Positions 47,311 through 57,273 of a stretch of 64,000 nucleotides of DNA are shown in pieces. The notes beneath the pieces were generated by a model. The model was not told the origin of the DNA. It made no database searches and saw only the letters and a program-made list of their open reading frames with translations. A program made the position numbers and the translations under genes. Source of the DNA: Podarcis gaigeae (taxonomy: Eukaryota); assembly GCA_964106915.2 (NCBI GenBank), contig OZ066919.1; one strand, 5' to 3'. Positions within the stretch are counted from its first letter, which is position 1. Each line of letters opens with the position of its first letter.

Positions 47311-48477
47311 GATTAAACAAATGGTCTTCTTCATTCTGTTGCTTGTTTTCAGTTCTTGATCATTCTTGCAACCCCCTCTCCTTTCATGCTGATTTTGCAT
47401 ACTAAAAGACAGGAACATCTGGGTGGCCCCGACTTCACTACATGTGGGAAATGCAGGACATGGCAAGAGGGATGGACTTCTTTTCTTCTTGCTCTGTATA
47501 GAGTGTCACCTAAAGCTCATTGCCCAGTCCTGGGTTTTTCTGCAAAAAGTGACCTCTTTCAGACAAAGGATTCAGCAGTTGTTTCTGGAGTATTCAGAGA
47601 TGTCTGGGGTATTGGGGTGCAGAAGAAACAATATAGCCAAAGGAAGTAGGGCACTAAATAGAACTCCTGGTCTTTGACCGGCCTTTGTGTCCAAGTGGCA
47701 CACTGTTAACTTTGCTGAGCATGTCACCTCTGTCATATGGCTGGAAGTCCCATTAGTCACTGGATAATGGCATCTTTTGAGTCTAAGTGCATATTTTTGA
47801 CCCAGCTTTCTTCATGACGTTAGCAATGTGGGGCTCTTTTGAGTTTGCACCTGCTTCTGGCTTCATTGTTCCAAGGTGGTGGGCCCTGGTTTTAAAGAGA
47901 CCCAGCATCATTGCTTCAAGAAAAAAGGCTTTGCTGAAATGCAGTTGGATCAGGATTTGCATATGTAGATACAGGGTAGAGTGGGGAAATGCTTTGCCCT
48001 TTGCCGGCTGGAGACTGTCCGAAACATCAGTGGGAAGCAGGAAAGTTCCCCTAGCAAGGGGCTCATAAAGCTGCAGGTGTGGGGATGTTGTTATTTAGTC
48101 TGCCGCCATGGAATGCGACGGTTTCTTTTAGGCTTGAAGAGTGGTCTACAATAATTAGTCCATTACGACTCTCTCACCCCGAGCGGAGTGGAGGGGGCAG
48201 CCCACCCTCAGACTTCTCTGAGTTTCACATCCTGAATTTTATGAACCCAAATTGTTGGGGGCATGGTGTTGTGTGGGAGGGGGTTGAGGGGGTCAGATGC
48301 AGTCATCCCCCTCAATCACTCTGCATTTCTATGGCAACCGAATGCTATTCGGACACTTTGCATTTTGACCAATTTGTGAAAGTTTCCGAGGGAGTGAGCG
48401 CAAAGTGAGCTGTAGTTTCTTTACTGCGCTTGAACCGTCTCCACTGCTTGCCCATTTTATTACACGCTTATCGCCTC

Positions 48478-48666
48478 NNNNNNNNNNNNNNNNNNNNNNN
48501 NNNNNNNNNNNNNNNNNNNNNNNNNNNNNNNNNNNNNNNNNNNNNNNNNNNNNNNNNNNNNNNNNNNNNNNNNNNNNNNNNNNNNNNNNNNNNNNNNNNN
48601 NNNNNNNNNNNNNNNNNNNNNNNNNNNNNNNNNNNNNNNNNNNNNNNNNNNNNNNNNNNNNNNNNN
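48478..48666. other. N-run (189 nt)
   Basis: Seen directly. Confidence 1.
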
Positions 48667-50480
48667 TTAAGACACTAAGAGCCCAGGGCTTATCAGGGTG
48701 AGCAGAGAGCGCTTGTTGAGCTTTTGAAATGCAGAGAGGCTGTTATAAAACACACTGGGTGATTCTTTTTTTTTTTTTAGCCCATGAAAAAAAAAGTCGA
48801 GAAAGAAATAAAATGGAAGGGAGGGGAAAAAGTGTCATCCATTTATCAGGGTTTTCCAGGACTGATAAGCAGAATTCTTCTGTGTGCGTTTCGCTGGAAA
48901 TACGAGAAGCATTAAAAAATTTCACAAGCTGTCTGGGAACAAGGAACAAAATCTTTATTGAAAGGATGTAGCAATCATTTTACTGCTGTCTATCTCCTGG
49001 GAAAAAGGCTGTAACCAGCAGCTCCCCTACTGGTCACCAACCCGTATCATTGGGATCTTTAGGCATGGCAGCCCAGATCAGTCTTGCTGGGTGTCCCTTT
49101 GCTCCTGCTGGAAACTTCAGGACATGTATGTTGGTAAGTTCTTCAGAACTACAGGATCCTGAGAGCACTTCTGATGCTGGAACCTTGTTGCCTGTTGAGA
49201 TTGGTAACTTTTTCACAATACCCAAGGGGCATGTAGAAAACATTCCATTGCACACAAGCTGTGGGGCTAGTCTTCATTGGCTTGAAGCATCTGTTTTACA
49301 CAGACACCTTTTCATTTAAAGAATTTTCATAATGATGATTGTGCCTGTTTACTTACTGTTCCTGCTTTAGTTTGCCTGTCGGCATCTAAGAATAAAACTA
49401 CTTTGGTCTTAAAGCCAAATTGAACAGATCTAAGTTGGCTACTGGCCAGTCCTAGTCCACAGGTGAAAGTTATGAAAGCATGAATAACTAACATTGCTGA
49501 GTGGAGGATGCTTCTGCCTCTTTTCTGGGTAGATAAGGGCTGAGTCATGTTAAGAACTAGGGCATTCTCCTTGTATGTGCATAACTTGCTCCTTTTAGCT
49601 CAAAAGTAGAGAAGGAGGTAGATGAGCCAGGGTCGCCCTTTGCACTCACCATTGTGATGCTAAGAAGCTGTGGAGTTCGTAAACATTCCCCCCTCCTTTT
49701 GCACTTCTCCTGGGGAGGGGGCAGTTCACTCCCTGCTGGCAGCAGAATGGATATCATGGCCCTTATTATGGAGTTAGACAGGCAGAGCCCAACCGCAGAG
49801 AGCTGTCAGTCCCACTTCTTGGTGACAAAAACAAGCCATAAATAAGCAAATGCTTCACAGCAAGGGAGCCTGTATATGTGTGTGTGTATGTTGAAGAAAG
49901 GGGAGAGAGAGAAAGAGAGAGAATAAAAGAGTGTGTCTGTGTGACAGTATTTTTATTCTGTGTGTTTGTGCCTGTACAGAAAAAGTACCTGCTGTGTGTG
50001 TTTTGGTGCTTTGACTGTGTATGTGTGTTGTGCTTGTATATGTGTGCACATGTGTATGTACTTAAGTGTGTTTCTGTAGCTACATGCAAGCAATAATTTT
50101 GTAGATTTTTTTTGCATTAGTGGAGATCCAAGAGTACCTTATTTGTATAGGTGCAAATTAGTTTCTGTCTTGTGGCACTGAGGGCAACTATATAGCTAGG
50201 GATGCTTATATGCAAATATTAAAAGGCCACACTGTGTTATATTTACAAGAGACTTGCATTTATTCATACACTGTGTATTTCAGCTTTTTGTACAGCATTT
50301 TGTGACTGTACCAGAAATGTTTGTGTACCTTGTGTGCAGCTATGCTTTGAATGGTGAGCATGAGACAGCATAGACATTTTTGCTGCCTGATACAAACATT
50401 TAAATTGTGTGAACTGTGTAACCTACAGAATATTGCAGATCACTTCCTTTAAGCAGGATGCACAGAAATATACTGATTTC

Positions 50481-50737
50481 AGGCTCATCCACACTTCCTG
50501 TTGTGCTGCGTTTTCTAGGCACAGGTCCGGAATTTCTATGTCTGTGCCTGAACACTGCTTTCCCTGGGAAAATCTTCTGTTTACCACTGAATCAGAACAA
50601 ATGACAATCAGTGGTAAACAACAGGTTTTCCCAGGGAAAGTGGTGGGACAATACAAAAAACCTGCTTGGACGCTGACCTAGAAATGCCAGACCTGTGCCT
50701 AGGAAGTATGGTGCAAAAGAAAGTGTGGCTAGAGCCC
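50481..50737. mobile_element. 257-bp fold-back MITE (PIF/Harbinger-like, tentative)
   Basis: Outer arms GGCTCATCCACACTT..CTAGGCACAGGTC / GACCTGTGCCTAG..AAGTGTGGCTAGAGCC. Inner arms CTTTCCCTGGGAAAA..TGTTTACCACTGA / TCAGTGGTAAACA..TTTTCCCAGGGAAAG. A 3-bp flanking repeat TTC is present. Confidence 0.75.
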
Positions 50738-51182
50738 TTCATGATGCATCCTGAATACAAAAGCTGATCTTCAGAGTTTCATGGATCTCTTCCTCCACCA
50801 TTACTACTCACGTAAGTAAACTACATAGCTGAAGCTCATATCACATGGCAAAGGAAATGTCAATTGCAACAAGAGAAGGGGGACACAAGTATGGCATTGC
50901 CTTTGTGGGTAAGGAGGTAGGAGAAAAACAAGATGACACTGGAAGGGTCACAATATAGCACAGTTGCTATATGTTCTCTTGTCATGCCACACTTGTCCCC
51001 ATAGCAGGAAGTGTAATTTGGATTCCATATGCTTCTACTAGAGTCTGGAACAGTGGACATCAGTGGTACAACCTGCCGAGTGTCTCCTCACTTGCATGCC
51101 CCTCTCCACTAGCCATGCTATAAGCTTTTGGTTGAACCAATGCCAGTGCCAGCAGCTCCTTGCATGCTGAGTAAAGATGACT

Positions 51183-51438
51183 GAAGAAGAAGAAGAAGAA
51201 GAAGAGTTTGGATTTGATATCCCGCCTTTCACTCTCCTTCAGGAGTCTCAAAGCGGCTAACATTCTCCTTTCCCTTCCTCCCCCACAACAAACACTCTGT
51301 GAGGTGAGTGGGGCTGAGAGACTTCAGAGAAGTGTGACTGGCCCAAGGTCACCCAGCAACTGCATGTGGAGGAGCGGAGACACGAACCCGGTTCCCCAGA
51401 TTACGAGACTACCGCTGTTAACCACTACACCACACTGG
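51183..51438 (-). mobile_element. young Squam3-like (Ther1/MIR-derived) SINE with a (CTT)n tail
   Basis: (GAA)n at 51183-51205, core CACAACAAACACTCTGTGAGGTGAGTGGGGCTGAGAG..GACTGGCCCAAGGTCACCCAG, and tRNA head CGAACCCGG..TAACCACTACACCACACTGG. CpGs are retained. Confidence 0.8.
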
Positions 51439-52559
51439 ACTTGAGTTCAAGGGAGGGAGAGGGAAGGAAGCTCTCCCTCCTCTGAGGTGAGAGGCTTCAA
51501 GAAGATGTTGTGGGAGATCAGAAAGTGAGATAAAAGGTTAATATGAAGCAGTAACAACAATGATTGTTTTTATTATAATGGTGGAGGATAAAGAGAAGAA
51601 AGCTGTTACAGAAGGAAGAAGTTAAGAAATTGCTAGCTGATTATGCCAAGCTCTGTGTCCATCTGCCACCATTTTGAGACTATCTGTGCCCCTGCACCAC
51701 CATTTTGTAACTGATAGGCCTCAGTAATTTTAAGGGAACCCTGGGGCTTTGGAGTTTTTTAATCTGTTTATTAGAGGAAATAGCTACAGAGACCTTAAGG
51801 CCTTAGGTCTTCAAGAAGTAGTTTCTTATGAATCAAAGAAGATGATATTTGTTGAATTTTACACTTAAAAGTACTTCCTTTACTTTTACTGTGAATCTGT
51901 TTCGTGCTGTTCCAAACAGCATATGAATAGAATATGATCAGAAGGAGATCCTGAACAAATGATTATTCCCCCTAGACAGCATCTAGAGAATTGCAGGAGA
52001 GATGAGTAAGTGCACCTCTGCCCACTGGAGGAGCAAAGAAGGCGTTTATACCCAAGGACCAATAGATTTCAGGTCCCTAATGTCCAAATCCTTATGATTT
52101 ACCTTCTGGAATATTTCCAGCACTCTACAAAATATTGGCCCTAAAAAGAAACAGTGATGCAATGAGGACACCCTCATTCTTTGTCATTCCATTTGTTGGA
52201 GTAGAGATGCTTTAAGCCAGGCCATCACCCAGTACCAAAATTTGAATAGTAGGGGTTTTACAGATCCTGAGTTAGGTGTGTGTGTAACGTCATCTGAAGC
52301 TTGTTTTTTCTGTTTCACCCTAGACTGGAACTGGGGAGGAGGAGGAACTGTAGAAAGGGCCCTGGAGTTAGTTCACTGGAAGTAAATAGCAGGTGTGTAA
52401 GATGAAATGCAAGTCTTTGTGAAAGATGAACAGTCAGAAAGTAAGGCTGAGGTCTTAAATATCCAGATCCTACCTCTCTGCTGGTTGGTCTTCGTGTCCC
52501 TTCACATTCAATGCCTCTATTTTCTACTTGTAGTTAACACCCGTCCCTACACACACACA

Positions 52560-53350
52560 AGGGAATTCTATCCATGCAAAGGTTTTATATCACCCGCCAG
52601 CATTGAATCCAAGTGGATTAATTAATTCATGTCTGTAAAAAGCTTGTTAAGTGCTGTAGCGATGATTATATTGTGGAGTGCCTAACAACAACATCCCCTT
52701 CCGGATTCCCAATTTGACTCTAAAACTGGAGTAAAGAAGATAGACAGCCAAATAGGGGCCATACTAGGAGGGCTTTAAACTTTGTTGCTCTGTCTAGGCT
52801 GAAGTTTGTGCTTCTTTTCTCTCTCCTTTTTTTGTGTATTTTGTTTGGGTTAGCGTGGTTGTGTTCCTCCCCTCCCGGCAGCTGCTCAGGATGCAATATT
52901 TTCCCCTCACGCACTCTCTCCCTTATGAAATGGCGTGTCGGTAAGTGCTACTTAAGAAAACACATGTTCTCCCCCTTGAAAGCAGCCCCCCCTCCTCACA
53001 CCAACACCTTTCTTTATTCGACCCAAACCTCACCGAAGGGAATTCGCAACAACTGCGGTGATAAANNNNNNNNNNNNNNNNNNNNNNNNNNNNNNNNNNN
53101 NNNNNNNNNNNNNNNNNNNNNNNNNNNNNNNNNNNNNNNNNNNNNNNNNNNNNNNNNNNNNNNNNNNNNNNNNNNNNNNNNNNNNNNNNNNNNNNNNNNN
53201 NNNNNNNNNNNNNNNNNNNNNNNNNNNNNNNNNNNNNCCTTGTCCGCCTGCTCGCTCTTCCCCTCCGCCCTGCTTGCATTCCCATTTGCACTGAGTAATT
53301 AGTATGCAAATTAGAGCCCAGGACCACACAAGTTCTAGTATATTACAAGG
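52560..53350. promoter_or_regulatory. candidate CNE cluster spanning the third N-run
   Basis: Unique CpG-containing DNA with GATTAATTAATTC, plus an octamer ATGCAAAT (53304-53311) paired with an inverted ATTTGCA (53284-53290) around TAATTA. Confidence 0.45.
53066..53237. other. N-run (172 nt)
   Basis: Seen directly. Confidence 1.
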
Positions 53351-54597
53351 GCTTTATTATACTCTTGTGAGTGTATGATGGAAATGGCCCATGGCAGTGT
53401 TTATCTCACTCCCTCTCTCTGTCTGTGTCTCTCTCGCTTTCATCCATACCTAACATTGGCCAAGAATAAACACACATTGCTCTGGGCCCGTCATGTTATG
53501 GGTCCCTGAAGAACTCACCAGCTTGGCTTTGCCCCAGCAATGGGATCTTCTGTCTGGAAATGCCATATCAATGATGTTCATGATAATAATGTTGATGTTG
53601 GTGGCTGTGATGATGATGGTGGAATGGTGGTGGATATAGCTCTTCAAACTCATTCAGCTTCCGTCGGCAGCGTTAATAACAGGAAGACTGGGGGAATATT
53701 TTTCTGAGGCAAACACTACCCTTTCTGTTTAGTTTGCTGCAACCACTTGACCACTCTCTATGCTGAGCCACTCTCCATACATGCTCTCTTGTCCCATTCT
53801 GAAATTGCTGCAGGTTTCCTGTTAATCTGGGTCAAGAACCTTTCTCTGTGAAAGCAGGGTTTTATTCTTTGGATCTCTTGTGTGAGATCCAAGGTACTGA
53901 GGGAGCAGAATGGCTGTACCTTTCTTGCTGTTGGCACTGTGCTCCTCTCTGTACCGATTGTCTTTGCTTCCTTGTTCGAAGAACAAGTGCAAATATAGCA
54001 AGACAACTTTTGTGTTGGCTTGCCAAGTGTGTCAGTCAGGCGGCAGAAGCAGGCTGGGTAAATCTGGTTTATATGGGGAAAGCTTCTGAAGAGACCTGAT
54101 TTCAGATGCCAGTAAGATGAAGCTCTTGTATTGATCAAAGGCATTGGACTGATATGGAAGGATCCATTTGATAGAGCATAAAAATAAGAGAGGATTGGCA
54201 GTGGGACTGTCTTCTGGGTATAACTGATGGACTACCTTCTCAAGAGTCATTTTCACATTCAAGACCAAGAGGCCCTTGAAAAATTGCAGGGGCACCAGGT
54301 TTTCTGGTTTTGGTCAAATGTGCCCCCTTTTAGCCATGTAATTCATGATCCTAAAGAACTAATCCAACAAGAGGGCTTTGGCTTGGCCTAGAGAAACCAC
54401 TCTGCCTTACATCTTGTGGAGTGGTGTCTAAATGTACAAAAAAATTTTGAGCTTTTATTCCATGCAAACGTATTGTTTAGTATGCTGTGCTGTTATTCAG
54501 AGGTATTACCAGCATTTCATTGTGTACACACATCCCAAATTACAGCAGCACCAAAAATATTACCATAATATAATTTATCATGGCCTAGTAAACCAAA

Positions 54598-54957
54598 GGG
54601 ACACAGGTGGCGCTGTGGGTTAAAGCCTCAGCGCCTAGGACTTGCCGATCGAAAGGTCGGCGGTTCGAATCCCTGCGGCGGGGTGCGCTCCCGCTGCTCG
54701 GTCGCAGCGCCTGCCAACCTAGCAGTTCGAAAGCACCTCCGGGTGCAAGTAGATAAATAGGGACCGCTTACCAGCGGGAAGGTAAACGGCGTTTCCGTGT
54801 GCGGCTCTGGCTCGCCAGATGCAGCTTTGTCACGCTGGGCACGTGACCCGGAAGTGTCTCCGGACAGCGCTGGCCCCTGGCCTCTTGAGTGAGATGGGCG
54901 CACAACCCCAGAGTCTGGCAAGACTGGCCCGTACGGGCAGGGGTACCTTTACCTTTA
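54598..54957 (+). mobile_element. Sauria SINE (Squam1), full length, very young
   Basis: tRNA-like head with A box (GGTGGCGCTGTGG) and B box (GGTTCGAATCC), Sauria core GTAGATAAATAGGGACC, and (ACCTTT)n tail. Perfect 14-bp TSD CCTAGTAAACCAAA at 54584-54597 and 54958-54971. CpG-rich. Confidence 0.93.
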
Positions 54958-55070
54958 CCTAGTAAACCAAAATCTGGACTTACATGGGAGCACTCAGACT
55001 ACTGTTTTAAGATAGATATATTCCACCCCAGCTGGCTAATTATTAATAATTTGGCACAAATTATTGAATA

Positions 55071-55295
55071 TAGGGTTGCTGTATTTTCAAAAGTGAAAAT
55101 CCAGACAAAGTTTTTGACTTTTTTGGGGACGGGAACATTCCCTCCCCCCCAAAATTGGACTTTTTTAAATTTTTAAGGCATTTTTCTTTAAAAATCGCCC
55201 TAATTGCCATATGTCCCCAGACATTTTGCTGATTCTGTGAAAATCCACCCAGACACCATTTTGACGGTCTGATTCCTGTCCGTATGGCAGCCCTA
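55071..55295. mobile_element. hAT-like MITE
   Basis: TIR TAGGGTTGCTGTA / TATGGCAGCCCTA. The 8-bp repeat TGAATATA occurs at 55065-55072 (overlapping the terminal TA) and 55296-55303. Confidence 0.7.
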
Positions 55296-55869
55296 TGAAT
55301 ATAAACTGCAAAATAAGTTTAAAAAAAACAAACAAACACCCATCAATGCTGAGGAGGAATAAAAGATTTGGGTGGTATTCAATTATTGTGTCTCATCAGC
55401 AAAAGGATTCCTGCTTCCATGATGGGGTTTTGAACCCGGGGCCCTACCCAAATCTGCTCCATGTGTTTGGAAACCTCAGAACAGAATTAAGGCACATGCA
55501 CAGGGAGGAGAGGGAGAGAATGTTCTGTTGCATAAGCAAAAAAATATCTATGGTGTAGCACTGCATTGAACATAACGATTCTGGTGTATGCAGTTTGCCC
55601 TTGTAGGAGAGCATCTGCAGGTATGTTTTGTCATCTAGAATAACCCGCCTTTGCTGAGTGGGTTGTCCATGCCGGTAAGATGACAACAGAGGGCAATTTG
55701 CATAGGGGCAGATTGTTCACCTAGAGAATAAATATCAGCAGAGATGTTGCCATGTCTCTTAGCTGTGTACTTCTACAACAGAGCTTTGAAGGTCTTTGAG
55801 ATCTAGTAAAGAACATGGAAGAGCCACAAGTCCCCAGGAAAAATGAAAAAACAAAAACAAAAAACCTTG

Positions 55870-56380
55870 ACTGCATTAATACTTAGCATAAAATACATGG
55901 AGGGAGGGGTAGAATCTGTATAGCCGGCAGTTTTTGCAAAGCGCTGAAGTACGCCACACATCACCCTCTGACAGGCCCTGATGTTAGCTCCCAGAATGGA
56001 TCACAGGAGACTCATTAGAAAAAACAAATATTATCGCACGCTGTGGTGATTTATGGGGAAAAATGAAAAATTTTGTGTTGTTGCGTCCTCGCTTTCCTCT
56101 GCCTTCGTGCAGGAAGGTTATTTATGGCACCGGGCCCTTAGCAAGAAACAGTGAAGCTGTTGCTGCTACAAACTGCTTGGGTTTGATTTTTATTAGCAAC
56201 TTAAATTTTTCTTGGCCCAACCCCTTGCCCCTGTTGTTATTAAATTGGTCTCCTTTGAACATAACATTAAATTTGATCTTTTTGCTAGCACCCAGTGTCA
56301 TGTAGCACATTGGGGTAGGAGCAATGAAAGGAATTGCTAGAAAATGTTTGTTTCCTCTCATTTGTGTAGCACCATTTTAA
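55870..56380. promoter_or_regulatory. candidate CNE with PBX-HOX/MEIS grammar
   Basis: TGACAG (55969-55974), TGATTTATGG (56047-56056), a second TATTTATGG (~56119) and TCF-like CTTTGAA. CpGs are retained and there are no repeats. Confidence 0.55.
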
Positions 56381-56669
56381 TTCAGAAATGCAAGCATACA
56401 GTTATTGTCAGAGGAGCAACTATAACAATATTTTCAGTTCCAGCCTATTGTTTTCCACATCAGTTAGAATTAGCCTGTTGCACTTGAAGCTGCAGTTTGA
56501 ATTCTACATAGCTATAGAAACATGACTTCAGGCTTGCAGGATCTACTTGGTTTCTTACAAGAACTCAGAGATCCACCAACTAAAGGCAGATGCAAAATGC
56601 TAGCCAGAATGGAAGGTGTTGGTTTTTCCAACAGAAGGTGGGTGGCAGCGAAGAGCCAATTATCTATTG

Positions 56670-57273
56670 CAGAGATTTTCAACCTTTTCGAGCCCATGGC
56701 TCCTTTGACCAACTACATTCTTTCTGTGGCACCCCTGTGGGGCTCAGGAGCCCAGTTATGTCACCCCTTGCCTGCAGAGCTAGCATCCTCTTACCCTTTT
56801 TTGGGCACCCTCCCTTAGGAGTGTTCCCTCAGCCTCCTCTCCTTCCTCTTTGGGAATCAATTGGGCAGCTGCTGCTGCCACCCCTGGTCTCTGAGCTCTG
56901 CCCCCGCTCAAAGAGAGGTGTTTCCTCACACTGCCACACAGGGGCCTGAGACTTGTATGTCCATTCCCAACAGCAAGGGCTGGTGGACTGGCTGTCTAGG
57001 TTTCCTTGCCTGTTTGCTTGCATACTCCAAGGCTGCCGCAGCTCCTGGCAGCCAGCACTCCCAGGGTAGCCCCTGAAGCACCATTCACCTGTGGAGCTAG
57101 TAGCCAGGGCTGCTGCAGCAAACAGCTGTGCAAGCATTTGGGAGGCAAAGATGCAAGAGGGCATCAGAGGCGGGAGGGAAGGAAAGAGGGACAGAGGCCA
57201 GTGTTGCCCAGGCACCCCTGACCACCATTCAAGGCACCCCAGGGTGCCACAACAAGCTGGTTGAAAACCACTG
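56670..57273. mobile_element. non-autonomous hAT (Charlie-like) transposon, 604 bp
   Basis: TIRs CAGAGATTTTCAACC / GGTTGAAAACCACTG (13/15). Perfect 8-bp TSD ATCTATTG at 56662-56669 and 57274-57281. Subterminal GGCACCC repeats. Confidence 0.88.

Noticed and set aside
53450-53653. His/Ile-rich ORF
   Set aside because: Produced by a degenerate (ATG/GTG)n triplet tract, with no support as an exon.
54598-54680. tRNA gene (also at 5078, 51380 and 60900)
   Set aside because: The A/B boxes belong to SINE heads. There is no complete cloverleaf and SINE bodies and tails follow.
55678-55700. CTCF-like TGACAACAGAGGGCAA
   Set aside because: It mismatches the CCA and GC core positions and is too weak to call without ChIP or a PWM score.
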